Positions 33,693 to 47,939 of a DNA stretch of 64,000 bases are shown here, piece after piece. The first letter of the stretch is position 1; every line of letters begins with the position of its first letter. Made by a program: the position numbers and the translations under genes. The DNA is from the human T2T-CHM13v2.0 reference genome, Homo sapiens: the NCBI RefSeq assembly GCF_009914755.1, contig NC_060933.1; one strand, 5' to 3'. The notes beneath the pieces are model-generated. The model worked only from the letters and a program-made list of their open reading frames with translations, made no database searches and had not been told where the DNA came from.

Positions 33693-34133
33693 CCCATCTA
33701 CCTGCAAAGGAAGCAGGAGAAGGTAAACTAGACTCTGAGTAGCCATTTGACCAGTTGGAGTTTGGGGATTCTATTACTGGGAAAAGAAGAATGGATGTTG
33801 GTGACCATTTTTGTTGGGGGCTGATATCTGAACATCTCCTCTGCCTCCTGCTTTCTTCTCATACCTTTCTTATGACCCCATTTTTCTATTCTCCTTTTAT
33901 TCTCTTGACCAGATAGGATCTTTAAATGTTTTTAATGATTTTCATTGAACTGGTGAGCCACACATGGGTCAATTTGTCCTAAATTTGTCCAGGCCCTAAG
34001 GGATGCTGTGACCCAGATGAGGCCCATGTCTCAATCCATTCTGGGATTCCAGGACTAGTCCTTGGTAAAATTGTGGAAGGCAAAGAGAGATGGGTCTTGT
34101 CTTTACTCTGATATCACTGTTAGCTGCAACTCT

Positions 34134-34136
<3 letters not shown>

Positions 34137-34172
<36 letters not shown>
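34137..34172. repeat. (CA)n microsatellite
   Basis: Directly visible. Confidence 0.97.
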
Positions 34173-34175
<3 letters not shown>

Positions 34176-35200
34176 GTTAGGCTGCCTTACCCATATCAAA
34201 TCTTTCCTATCATATTTTTTCACATCAGTACTCATTAGAGGTCACTGGCACCTGACTCCATTATCTCCCATCCCCCATTCATTAGGGTTTTCAAGAGTCT
34301 GCTAAATGACACTCACAGCTACAGGATAACTATAAATCTTTTCAAACTTTTCTTTGCTTAGAGACTTTTGAAAAACATATTTATATTAAAATTGGCATAA
34401 GAAAGATGTTTTAGCCATATTTATAAACATATAGAAATTTGAGTAGGTGACAAATCATCCATAAACCTAATATCCCTAATAAGGGAAACCAAGTAAAAAG
34501 ACCTTTACATAGTGTTCAATATAGATTTGCCTATATTTTATAGCACCTTCCAAACCTCTAATCTTATTAAGGTTTTCTGTAGTCAAACAAGAATAATAGA
34601 TTCTGCTATTAAGTGGTTCTGTGACCTGCCTAAGGCACTTAGCCTCTCCAGAATTGCCTCAGTTTACCCAAATACAAGAGGTGGACTTCAGAATCTCTAA
34701 AAATTTCATCAAGCCATAAAACAGATGATATAATTCATGAGAAAGGAGGAGCTCAAGAAGGGAAGGTGTGAGATCATCTGTAATTTGCTTGTAAATGCCT
34801 CCATATAGGTATTACACTGTATACAGCCTGCAGAGGGACTATAATCCACACCCTGGGGGAGGTTAAATAGTATGCAAAGTATTCTGAAAAGGAATACACA
34901 CTCCAATAGCAGTTAGTTAGTATTTGAAAGATCCTAATCAAAAGTCTCTACTGGAGAAATATCTGTTGCAAAACTTTAAATATTTCTATAGCAAGCTATA
35001 CCAGAGGGTTTGTTATTAGTATAAAGGATGCTTAAAATAATTTTTGCATTGGTTAAATACAATTGTCAAGATAGCTATAGTTACAATACTTTGGCAGGCC
35101 CAGTGAACTAACTTTTGGGGTAGAACCTTAGACTAGAACTCTATTTGGTCCTAGTTTTCACTCACTTAATACAAGTTTTCATTGGCTCATCCAACTAGAG

Positions 35201-35415
35201 CAGTGATTCCCAATCAGTAATGATTTTGCCCCTCAGGGGACATTTGTCAATGTCTTAGAGATTTGGGGTTGTCACTACTGGGGAAGTGTGCTATGAGCAT
35301 AAAGTAAGTAGAGGCCAGGGATGCCACTAAACATATCACAATGCAGAGAACAGCCCTCACAGAAAAGAATATCCAGCTCAAAATATCACCAGGGCTGAGG
35401 TTCAGAAACCCTAGG
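35201..35415 (+). mobile_element. MER20-like DNA transposon remnant
   Basis: cagtgattcccaa...gattttgcccctcaggggacatttg...gaggttcagaaaccct. Confidence 0.75.
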
Positions 35416-35577
35416 GTAGAGAGTCGACTGATCCTGGCCTTCAGATTATTTGACTGCATGTGTGTAGAATGAACCTTTAATCCAAGAGGCTTGGTGGTGG
35501 AGCACTTAAAAGGACAGAGCAGAGACTTCCCTACACATACAAAACAGGTTGGATGGCTATTTGTGGGTTTGTTGGTT

Positions 35578-36623
35578 TATCGGGGGAACCAGACTCCAAT
35601 ATTTCAATGTAAGTTCTTTCTATTTTCCCTAAGTGTTGGCTGGTCTGAGAAATAAAGAGAAAGAGCACAAAGGAGGAATTTTACAGCTGGGCCTCTGGGG
35701 GTAACATCACATATTGGTAGGTCCGTTATTTCCCCTGAGCCACAAAACCGGCAAGTTTTTATTAGGATTTTAAAAGCAGAGGGGGTGTACGAACAAGGAG
35801 AAGGTCACAAAGATCACATGCTTCAAAGGGCAATAAAGATCACAAGGCAAAGGCAAAATTAGAATTACTGATGAGGGTCTATGTCCCACTGTGCACATAT
35901 TGTCTTAATAAACATCTTAACAGAAAACAGGGTTCGAGAGCAGAGAACCAGTCTGACCAAAATTTACCAGGCTGGAATTTCCCAATCCTAGTAAGCCTGA
36001 GGGTACTGCAGGAGACCAGGGAATATTTCAGTCCTCATCTCAACCACATAAGACAGACACTTCCAGAGCGGCCATTTATAGACCTCCCCCCAGGAATGCA
36101 TTCCTTCCCCAAGGTATTCCTTGCTGGGAAAAGAATTCAGCAATATCTCTCCTACTTGCACATCTGTTTATACGCTCTCTGCAAGAAGAAAAATACAGTT
36201 CTATTCTGCCTGACCCTGCAGGCAGTCAGACCTTATGGTTATCTTCCCTTGTTCCCTGAAAATCGCTGTTATTCTGTTCTTTTTCAAGGTGCACTGATTT
36301 CACATTGTTCAAACACACATGTTTTACAATCTATTTGTACAATAGTGGTCCTGAGGTGACATACATTCTCAGCTTATGAAGATAACGGGATTAAGAGAGT
36401 AAAGACAGACATAAGAAATTATAAAACTATTATTAGGGAAGTGATAAATGTCCATGAAATCTTCACAATTTATGTTCAGAGACTGCAGTAAAGACAGGTG
36501 TAAGAAATTATAAAAGTAGTAATTTTGGGAACTGATACATGGCCATGAAATCTTCACAATTGATGTTCTTCTGCCACAGCTCCAGCTGGTCCCTCCGTTT
36601 GGAGTCCCTGACTTCCCACAACA
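35578..36623 (-). mobile_element. MER11 solo LTR (MER11A-like)
   Basis: tatcgggggaaccag...cctgacttcccacaaca with TSD TTGGTT/ATGGTT. Confidence 0.9.
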
Positions 36624-37950
36624 ATGGTTAACAAATATGAATGTGTAGCAGAATTTAGTTCAAATCTTGATTCATTTTAACATAATCAGAGAGGGGGTTA
36701 GAGTTCCCATCCACTTCTAATTATCAGAGGCTCCAGATATTACTGAAAGAACCTGACATTTGTGAATGGCCAGATTGGCTCAGCTCAGTTCACAGAAGGA
36801 AAGGATACAGATGGGGATGTATCAAGGATATGGTGTGGGAAGCATGAGACATTTTCAAAATTTCAAGCCACTATGACTTATTCCCACTATGTAAGATTAA
36901 AGAAGTCAGACACTCAGATTCAGGGAGGATTTCCCACATTTTTCATGTTGCTCATCTAAATCCCAAATTCCATACTGCCTAGAGATTATGAAATGCTTAA
37001 TTTCTACCCACTCCCCATCCTACATGCCCACTTTGCCATCACCATCCCAACACCTCAAAAGAATAAAGTATCTGCTAGTCCTCCTGGAATGATTGAGGGT
37101 TTGGGCTCAAAGAAAAGCTGAATACCATGTCAGATTTATGGTGAGCCAGATCATTAATCAACTGAGGTGACCACTAATCACCAAAAGTGATAAAGATAGA
37201 TAGTAGGCATGGTACTGGTTGAGAATCTAGAGAGAAATAAATATCAAAATGCTTTACCCTCATTCTGGTACCTCCTTATCATTATTTTGACCTAGCAGTT
37301 TTAATTTGCAGTACTAGATGAAAATACTAGGTTATCTTTGAAATTTGAGCTTCTGCTTCTTCCAGAGAGAAACTCATGTATTTAAGAAATGCTGTCATTG
37401 GTTTGGGCTAGGGGCCTTTCCATGTGAGACAGACCACAGCATGTTCCTTTTAATAAAACCAAAGGACAATAACAGCAGCAGCAGCAACAAAGCCTAGAGT
37501 TCACTTCTGAGGTCAGATACTCAGCAGAGTGTTAAGGGCATAGCTTTCTTTAGGCCTAACTATGAGGTTAGTGGAGGGTTTGCAGGACTGTGAAGCACAG
37601 CAAGAAACAAAGCTGGAATCCATTTCCAATCTGGACTTTGGAGATAATACAACTGGGCTGGTGACAGGATAGCTTCCTATCTAGTCTGAACATTGAATAG
37701 TAATATTTTCATACATATTAAACTCTGAGATAGGTTCATATTCATTATCCCATTGTATTACTCTGCTACTCTGTAAGTAGTAAAGTCATGTGGAAGGAGA
37801 TAGTCAGCTATTATTTCCATTTGACAAGTTAGTAAACTAAGATCAAGAGCTTAAATGATTTCTTACTAAAATTACCCAGCCAGCTGGATGGGCAATCCAA
37901 GCCTGCAGCCAGGATGCTTGGCTTCCAGACTTGTTTTCTATCCACTAGAG

Positions 37951-38360
37951 CAGTGGTTCTCAAGGTGTCTGTGAGGTGGGGGTTGTGGGGGAGTCAGTAG
38001 CAGTAGCAGCATGGCCTGAGAACTTATTAGATTCTGGCACATTCTTATACCTTGTTAGATCCTGGCACATTTAAGAATGCACATTCTTAGATCTCACCCT
38101 AGATCTACTGACCCAGTTTCTACAGAGGACAGGAAGATGTCAAAGTGGGAAGCCCTCCACATGCCATCACATGCATGGTCTGGGAACATCTGCATGAGGG
38201 AATCTCCCTGGTCCTCTTGGGTTGTGGTGACTTACGGAAGCTCTTGGGAGGGACCTGGAGGCTCTACTGAAAGTGGAGGTTTGTAAAGTGTGGGGCCCTG
38301 TAATCTGTTTTAATCAGTCCTCCCTGGGATACAGATGCACCTCAAGTTTGAGAGGTATTG
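37951..38360 (+). mobile_element. MER5A interrupted by a 173-bp non-TE insert
   Basis: 5' half cagtggttctcaag...tagatctactgaccca; 3' half gtggggccc...aatctgttttaa...aagtttgaga. Confidence 0.8.
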
Positions 38361-38869
38361 CCCTCAGGGGTGCTGTTTTCACTTGCTACAAATTGTTCTC
38401 ATACCTTTGCATTAAAGAAACTCTTGTTAATCTCTCATTTTGTTTCCAGTGCATTTTAACTCTACAAAATTGTCATAAAGTCTCTACTTAGGAAACCTTA
38501 TAACTTAAAGGACCACTCAGAATCCCTAAAATATTTTTGTTTATTAAATTTCCTGAGCTGACTCATTGCTGATTGGGTATAGAAACTTTAGCTTTTTTTT
38601 TTCTTTTTTTTTTTTTCACTTGATCTATCTTGGAACTTCCTTGCCCCAGCTAGATTTTTATCTCCTTAGGAACTATGGAAAGAAAGCATATCTAAAAATA
38701 CTTCTTTAAAGTTCTCTGATACCTTCTGTTTGTTAATATGATAATGTTGTACATAAATAGCTATAAAATATACTGTTAAACTTAAAAGATCTGGGAAAGA
38801 GCTTTTGAACACCCCCAACCTTCAACACACACATGCACACCCACATGTACATACAATACCAGATACAAA

Positions 38870-39674
38870 GAAGGTGCTAACTCAATATTTATTAAATTTA
38901 TTAAAGGGCTTCTCTTAGAATCTCAGAGGAAAGCAAATGCTGTGAAGCCGGGCTGCCTAGAAGTACCTTTATTTGAAATCTTTAACAAGATCTTAAAAGA
39001 GTAATGACACTACTGTGTCTAATGAAAAATGAGTATTTGATTCTAACATATTCAACCTAAGAATTTCATCATATATATTTGATCTGCAATATAAATGAGA
39101 GTTTCTATATCTTATTCATTCATTTATTGTTTTATTCATTCAACCATTGTTGAGTGCCCACAATGTGCCAGCCATGCATCTAGGCACGTGGCCAGCATGG
39201 TCAATAACAACATGTGCCTGCCCTCATGGGGCTTACAGTCTATAGGAAAGACAGTCAATCAAACAAGTGGTTTACAATGAAGTATGATGAATGTTGTCAC
39301 AGGACACACTAGATACATTAGGAGCACATAGCAGAGTAACAGAATTATGTGGGGCAGAAAGATGACAAGGGTCACACATGGGGCTGGAGGCCTTAGACCT
39401 TGGAGGTCCTATCCAAAGCAAGGCTGATAAAAAAGCTGCCCCAAACTGCACTGACCATTGGAAGGTAAGGCCTGCATGGAGGAGGTGCTGCTGTGGTCTG
39501 GCCAATGCCAGCAGGCAGGTCACTTCCTTGGCCTTTGGGAAAGGATGGCGATGATGGAGAAGCTCAAGAAGATCACACCAGCCGTGCCTCCGATCACCAT
39601 GCCCAGGACGCTGCCGTGCACCTGCATGGCCTGACAGCGCTCCCATTTAGAAGAAAGCATGTCCAGAGATGCAT
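38870..39674 (-). pseudogene. MEP1AP: MEP1AP terminal exon (TM, tail, 3'UTR)
   Basis: ccctcag|ATGCATCTCTGGACATGCT. Premature TAA 39647-39649 with an adjacent -1 deletion. Native TGA 39520-39522. Twin minus-strand AATAAA at 38888-38893 and 38897-38902. Confidence 0.88.
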
Positions 39675-40452
39675 CTGAGGGAAAAGGACATGAAGAGAGT
39701 GTGGGAAATCCCAGGCCTCAGGTGCCTCCTAGCAACACTCATCTCCACAGCAATAAAAATGGCAAACGCTCACTGAGCGGGTCCACGTGGTGCCTGGTCC
39801 CATTTCAAGTGCTGTATATGGACCAACTAATTTAACCCTGCAACAACTTTTGAGGTGGAGGCTATTACTTGGCCATTCTCATCATCTTCATCTTACAGGA
39901 AGGTTAAATAATTTGCTCAAGGTCCCATTGTTAGTAAGCATTTCACACTTGAAATCTAATCCCAAGAGGTATGCCTCCAGATCCAGGCTTCTCAGCCACC
40001 TAGGATTCAGGAGGACGGTCTGAGACACTTAAAGGAATACATTGCCTGACACTGGCTAAGAATACAAGCTACAAAGGAAATTCCCCAGATACAGTCTGAC
40101 TTAGAGCATCAGTGGTAGCTTGAAAACGTCTAAATAATATTAAATAAAATGTTACTGTAAGGTTAGTGTGTACTGTCACTATCTCACAAGGTTGCCCTGA
40201 AGTTCACCTGAGATAATGAGGACACTGTACCTATCAAGGTATTTGACACAGAGTAAGCACATAATGGCCAGCCCTTAGTTTTGTTTCTTAATGTTATCTG
40301 GTATAAAGATGAATTAATCTCATAACCAAGGCATATAACTTGTAGTGTCTCATCCATACCTTTGTAAAAATTCCAGCCTTTGTTTCAAACATTCCCACTA
40401 GAAGGTCTACTCAGCAGAATTCTACAAGGCAGAGTGAAACAATCAGAAGTCA

Positions 40453-40822
<370 letters not shown>

Positions 40823-41169
40823 TTACCTTCCAAGTCCTCATCTCTATCCTGAGAATTGACTTCTTAGAAATCAGTGAGTAATAGCAAGTTTATTTCATTT
40901 TTTTTCTGACCCAGTCCCCTCCAAACACAACTTCGTAATATCCCCTACTGTTATCTTAGAAAAACTTATTCTGCCAACTCTCAGCTGCAGGTTTCTAGGA
41001 GAGGAATAGTTTGGCTGAGTAGAGGCTGACATACAAGTGGCAACCCTGGCCTCCCTTAGCCTGGGAAGGATGAAGCGTGTTGGGGGCACACAATGGAATC
41101 TGGCATCTAAGGACCTGTCAGGCAAAGATATGAAGACCCATGGCTTTGGAGCCCAGAAACAGATGGGCC

Positions 41170-42235
41170 TTCCCCAGTAAAAGGAGCCAGAGGGCTTCTT
41201 GGAAGAGTGATTGATTCTATGGGTGGGGCAGGAAATATAAAAGATGAGCCTAGAGCATGCTATGGTGCCAGAAAGTAACATTGTGTTCATAAAATCTGAT
41301 GTTGAAAGATCACAGGAGCCAACCTGGAAGAGCTCCCAAAGGCCAAAGCTGGGACAATAGAAGCAACAAAATAAATTATGAAATCATTGCAACAGAGCCC
41401 ACTGACTAAAATAAATGTTTATGTTTATAATCGCATAAACAAATTAACGGGGTGAAGGGGCCATTCTCCTTTACAGAAGAATTCTAATTAATGAATGTGA
41501 AGGACATAGGAAATCAACATTAGAAGATCCCAGTGGTGAATATTGCAGCAGGTTGTATCAATAGATGCTGAAATTAGCATGTGAGGATTTGAGGAAAAGC
41601 AGGATGTCTCAATGGTCTTGAACTATCTCTCCCAAGATATATATCAATTACAGAGGGAGAAATGGTAACTCTTCAGTGGAGAGGCCTGGTGGACATGCTG
41701 TTGGCCAGATGATGAAGGTTGACATCACCAGTAATGACATGTATCGGCATCATGTACCTGCTCACATGATGCAACAAGAAGGCACAGCACATATTTACTA
41801 ATCTTGCCACAAATGTGAAACCTCAATTTAATCATGAGAGAACAAGATGAACCAAAAAAAAATCCCTAACCAGTAATCTTCAAAAGTGTCAAGGTAATGA
41901 AAGACAAGAAAGAACTGAGGAATTGTCCCAGATTGGAGGGGATTAGGAGACAGGAGACATAAAAACTAAATGTAACGTGAGATCCGGAATTGGATCCTGA
42001 AATAGAAAAAGAACATTAGTGGGAGAACTGGGAAGAGCCGAATAAGGCCTGTAATTTATTTACTAGCATTCTACCAATGTTCATTTCTTGGCTATGCTAA
42101 TTGTACTACGGTTTGTGTAATATGCCAACATTACGGAAAGCAGGGTGAATGGTATAGAGAAAGCCTCTGTAGTATTTTCGCAAGGTATCTGTAAGTCTAA
42201 AATTATTTCAAAGCAAAAGCTACAAAAAGAAAAAA
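41170..42235 (+). mobile_element. L1MC/MD-like 3' end fragment
   Basis: Ends tctgtaagtctaaaattatttcaaa followed by an A-rich tail. Confidence 0.75.
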
Positions 42236-43173
42236 AAGGAGACTAAAAAGAACTCAGAAGTAATGTAAATTTTTGAGGTAGGCAGAATAGCTCCTACATC
42301 TGCTACTGTTCAAATGGAACTGTTGCTTCTGTCATCACATACCTCCTTTTGTGAAACAGTTTTCAGGGTTTTATGCAAGCAAACATTATAAAAAGAACTA
42401 TTAAAGTTCTTTTTAAATATTCAAATTTAAATATAGCAAACTGTACTGCTTTTTAATATTTAAACATTAAATATAGCAAACTGTGCTGCCAGACAGACCT
42501 AGATGCAAGTCCCAGCTTCAGCATTTTCCATCTGGGTACATTTTAGATAAATTACTTAACCTTTCTAAGCCTCAACTTCTTGATACACCAAATGGGGATA
42601 AGGAGAGCCCTTATGTCACAGGTGGCAGTGAGAATGAATTTAGATCATGCGTGTAAGATGCTCAGGAGACCACATGATGCATAACAAGGGGTCAGAAATA
42701 TCAGGTGTTCTTACTACTATTATTGAAAACATAACTTTAATAATAGTGCAGTGTAAATGACAGACTGTATAACTAATAATCATTAGGAGCTAATAATAAC
42801 ATCTGTGTAGTCAGCAAAGATTTAAGCTTGGTCTTGAGACCCACTGTCATGGAGTAGAAAGTCCCTAGGCTAGAAGCCATCTTGGATGTTGTTAGAGTTA
42901 GAAATTCCAACAACATCCAAGATGCTGTTGACAATACCCCAGAGGAGGAAAAGGGGTGAAAGTCAAGAGACAAGGAGACCTGGGATGCCTCTGTCCTGGC
43001 AGCGTAAGCCCATGAATCCAGGGCACACCTTTGTAGAGTCAAGGAAAACTGCATCCAGCTGACCATCTGAGGTAGTCTTCGCCCTACTCTGCAAACAGCA
43101 GCCTTTACCAGGCATAAGCATGCACACGGCCCAGGTCTGCTGGCCTGCCTGTCTCCCCAGCCACAGAGCCTAC

Positions 43174-43474
43174 CTGCACCTCGCCACCCGCTTCAGGTTC
43201 ACACAGATGCCATCATTTTGGCAAGGGTTTGGGTCACATGGGTCTCTGAAGTACTGTGGCCAGTTATGGTCCTCCAGGGGGCCTGTGTTCTTCACTGACG
43301 GCTTCTGTCAGCTGGGCTGCCCCTGGCTGAGGCTGACAGGTACAGCTTCCTCTAACATGGCCTTTCCTGAACCTTCTTTGGAGACCTGCTGCTCCTGGCC
43401 TTGGAGAATGAGGCCTTGGGGGCTCAGTCTTTTGCCTTTAGTGGGAACTTCAGTCTGGCTGAGGTGGGTGATAT
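43174..43474 (-). pseudogene. MEP1AP: MEP1AP 301-nt exon (I domain and EGF)
   Basis: ctgaag|ATATCACC...GTGCAG|gtaggc. TGA at 43308-43310. The downstream frame reads [24 protein letters not shown]. Confidence 0.93.
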
Positions 43475-43978
43475 CTTCAGGAAATAGAGGGTCACGAGGA
43501 AGATCCAGGATTAGTAACTGACTACAGCGAACTCCCACTTCTGGTGAAAGTTCCCCAGCCTGCTTCTATCTGTAGTGATATGTCACCCCCAGTGACATGG
43601 AAAAGTGGCTTTGAATCCAGCTGATTCCCACGGTACTAGCTAGTTTTATTTTAAAGTAATCCAGTCACATTTTTATTTATTGAATTTGCAAAATGAAGCA
43701 TAAAGTTAGCATGGATAGACTGATGGAAACTAAATTGAAATCAGTGAACTGTTAACTCTGATAAAATTTTCAAAAAGATGACACTAAAATTTCAGTTTCT
43801 TTCAGGGACAGTTAAAATAAAGATGTGAGTCCTTGACCAATTGAAGAAAATGTGGTTCTCCTACAACACATTTTTTTTAACCTCATCCCCACCCTCCATG
43901 TGTGCTTTAAAATCAGGATAAAATCAGTAGAGTGCCAAGAGCATAGGATTATTTACTCAGGAAGACCAAGAAAAGTAC

Positions 43979-44152
43979 CTTCAAAGTCCACAAACATGAT
44001 GAGGTCATCATTTTTCAGGAAACTCCTCCTTTTCAGCATTTGGTGGGAGATGAAACCACTCCAGCCAAAGTCAATGCTTCTAAAACAATTACAGTCAGCA
44101 TGATAGGTTCCCACCCTGGACGGCCTGTCCCAGATGACAGTGTCATTTGTCA
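43979..44152 (-). pseudogene. MEP1AP: MEP1AP 174-nt exon (MATH domain end)
   Basis: tttgcag|TGACAAATGAC...TTTGAAG|gtactt. Corresponds to ORF 43953-44153. Confidence 0.93.
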
Positions 44153-44431
44153 CTGCAAAATTGTAGGTAACATAAAATCACATTACCTCTTTAGACTTCA
44201 CTTTCCAGTTTGTCTTTTATGAGGATACAGGGCTTTGTGAATCAGAAAAAAATAAATAAATAAAAATAAAAATAAAAATAAAAAAAGTGTTGGAAAAAAA
44301 TTAAGCTATTTACTCTTTCCAGGAGAATTGCAATTCAGAATTGAAAGATGGGAGAGGCAGAGAATCACAGCTCTGAGTGATCAGTTGTCTGCTACTGCGT
44401 GACTTTTTTAATGAAAAGAGAGGGACAGCTA

Positions 44432-44755
<324 letters not shown>

Positions 44756-45165
44756 TTATTTCATGAACATAGTGATATTGAGTGCTATTTTAGGAGTAAG
44801 TACATTAGCTCTGCACAGAGCCTAACAAGTTCCGAGTATTTGATAAATGATTAGCAGTATCTGTTTCCTCAATCACAATGAGATCAATGAGGCAGGGATC
44901 ACCTGATTCACTTGTATTGTAAGTACCTAGCACAGAGTTTGGCACATGGTAAGCCCTCAGCAGATGTTTGATGAGTGAATTTAGGAAAGGGAAGGAGGAT
45001 GTGATGGCATTGAAAATCTTAACTTGAAACTCCAACACGCCTATGTTATCGGTATTCCCAGGCGGAAAATGTGAGGAGAACGTTACTCTTTCTTGCACCA
45101 CAGAATCACATCTGTGGGCCTCTCTGGTTCGAGGGGCAGTTCTTATTTATGCCAACACCACCCAC

Positions 45166-45630
45166 CTGGAGATATGTGCAACTTGGAGGTAGTGAACACC
45201 AAACTTGAGGACATCCTGTTCCTGACATCAGGTCCTGGTCGAAGATGGTAATTATCACCTGTCTGTTTTCTACCGGCCACTCCAGGATAGCATCATTCTC
45301 CCCACTGCACATGTAAAAAGCAGGTCTCAAATAGCCAGAGCTTTCTCTGCCATGGGGGTATAAAGTTAACCCAAAACCGCATCCCTCTGAATTGTAGAAT
45401 CGAGGGCTCTGAAGCTTGTCCCCTTCGCTGGTGTTCTCAAGGACCTGGGAGAAATTCTGGACTGTCCAGACCCCTGTGGGGCAGGAGGTTTCTGTCAAGA
45501 GTGATGTCATCCAGGTAAATTCCCCCAGTTGAGTTCCGAGGGTCGCCTTTTGTGCCCTGGAAAAGTTAGCAAAATTCCTGTTCCTCTTTGAGTACCACAT
45601 GGGCAATTTTCCAATTATGGTCATCATCTC
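45166..45630 (-). pseudogene. MEP1AP: MEP1AP 465-nt exon (MAM end and MATH domain)
   Basis: ctcag|GAGATGATGAC...CCAG|gtgggt. In-frame TAA at 45566-45568, +1 insertion near 45497, -1 deletion near 45233. Confidence 0.92.
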
Positions 45631-47861
45631 CTGAGGACAGAGAACAAGGCTGGTGAGAATTGTGGCCAACACTTAATGAGTACTTATTATGAGTGTGGCA
45701 CAGTGCCATGTGCTTTCCATAAATGATCTCATTAAATCCCCACAGCAGCCCTATAAAATAGGTACTATTATGAACTGGTTAAGTAACTTTTCCAAAGTTA
45801 CATATTTAATAAGGAAAAATGGTTTTTTAAAATACTATGATTTATTTTAAAATTCACATTCAAATCTTAACCATGAATTTGTTTTCCACTATCACTATAA
45901 GAATCCAGGTTCTGAATTTCCTCCTGAGTTGGCTGGTTCAACTGTAACCCCTAATGTTAGCAATGAAAGCCCATTAGGCTGAATCGTATAAAATGAAACC
46001 GACTCCCTCTCCAACATCTAGACTTTTTTCTCTTCCTTATATTATCTGAAAGTTCAGCATGTAGGGCAGTGAAGTAAGCCAAAGAGAGTACTATTGTCTA
46101 GAAATTCACATTCTAATAAAGATTAGGTCTACTTGCTTTTTCTCTGAGCATGAACTGGAAGTGGGACTTTTGAATTAAGAGCTGAAGAAAGATGGTGAGA
46201 AGGCTGTCCTAGAGCATGAGATCCTGGGTTGAACAGCAGAAGAAGCCAGGCAGGAGCTTGGGGGCACTGGAGAGAGGAAACTGAAAGCAGAGCAACTCAG
46301 TTCCACAAAGAGATGCGCCTACACTGATATTTTTGCACAGGACATTCCCTAGAGTTGGGCTTGAAGAGGAGAGGAAAAATGCTTCCAAGTGGAAGTCACA
46401 TTGGCTAAACTGAGTTCCTACAGATGAGTGTCTTTTTTCCTTCTTCTGTGTCTTTTAACCAGAAATCTACTGACAGAACTATACTTTCCCTGAAACAGAA
46501 AAGACCTTTAATCTCCCTTTGTTTTCAGACCATTCTCTCTAAGGACAACTTCAAGGGACAGGTGTACCAATGTTATGTTTCCTAGGGTGGAGCTGATTAT
46601 GGCCTGTGTGGTTAGGTTACATGGGAACATAGGAGAGAGGTAGAGAAGGCACACGACCACCTCTGTAACATACAAATCTAGGTAGCTGCCATCTCCTGGG
46701 GAGAGCACTGCAACCTACTGGAAGACACATGGACTTGAAGGGTAATAGGTGCCAGAAAGTCTAGGAATAGGAACAGAGATACAGCATTTGAACTATTTAT
46801 CCAGCAGGTTATAGATCACGGGAATTCTGTCAAGAGAATAGGATTCCGTTCCTGCTGATGAGTACCTGCTTTGTTTTTTCTTAATATAGGATGTCCAAAT
46901 GAGGTTGAGATGGGGGAATTTGGCACTGGGAAGGAGACCCAAGAGGGTCACATAAAGAACACTAAGTGATATTCAACTAACCTTTTTGAAAAGTTTCATT
47001 GACAAACCAGTATCAGAACAGACTACTTTAAAAATCCTTTCATACAGTGTTCCCAGGGACCGTACACAGGCATACTCTGAATTCAATGAAACACAAAGCA
47101 CAGCAGTGTAAGAAACTAAATTAATCATGGGATGTTTGCTTGATTTTATGCTTTGAAGTAACACTGAGCTTTAGATGAAAGTGAGTGATAATAGGTCCCA
47201 TCAATATTATTGAAACTCTAACTCATTTTCTCATTAAATATTTACAATCCTTGGTAACATAACACATCCTCAACTCTTAAAGAGTATCTACCTGTCATCC
47301 TTTCATCATATAAACTATGATAAATCTCAACCAGAAAAGTGAACCCCTCAAAACTGTGATTTGTAGAGTTCCCAGGCAGCCCAGAGTGCCTTGGATATAG
47401 GGGATTTGGGAACCTGTTCTTACAAGTGACCTCTAAAGAAGGTTTCTCCTTCAAGAGCAGCAGATATATAAAAAATAATTCCTTTCTCTGGACTCATTTC
47501 AACTGATAAATGTCAAGGTAGGCAGTTGGATGCTAGGATAATCTGGCCATAAATCATGATTCAGGGTTATAAACAAAGTATATGCTTTATTTTGTTGTGG
47601 TGGTGGTTCCTTCATAACTAGGAAAAGGGAGACAAGCTTTCTTACTTTTCAACAAAAAGTTTCTCTATCTATACTCATTTATATGCTGACCTTCTTATAT
47701 AAATACACAAAGTGACTCTTAGGAACATGTAAGTGATTATAGGAAGTTAACATATACCAATGACTTATTTGCCACCAACTTTATAAGTAGGCTTCTAGTT
47801 ACTGCAGCATATTAAATAATGGTATCATTTGTTTTTCTGAAACATGCAAAACACTGGGTCA

Positions 47862-47939
47862 TTTTTTTTTTTTTTAAGATGGTGTCTTGCTCTGTCGCCA
47901 GGCTGCAGAGCAGTGATGCAATCTTGGCTCACTGCAACC
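47862..47939 (-). mobile_element. Truncated Alu 3' end at the duplicon junction
   Basis: Poly(T) then agatggtgtcttgctctgtcgccaggctg...cactgcaacc, followed directly by REP522-like DNA. Confidence 0.88.

Noticed and set aside
35871-36359. 162-aa ORF, and the many 60-130 aa ORFs overlapping Alus or microsatellites
   Set aside because: They lie within the MER11 LTR, Alus or simple repeats, and show typical repeat-derived translations.
38077-38286. Shared peptide in ORFs 22596-22898 and 38077-38286 as a small gene family
   Set aside because: Explained by the DNA-level inverted 173-bp duplication. No coding signature.
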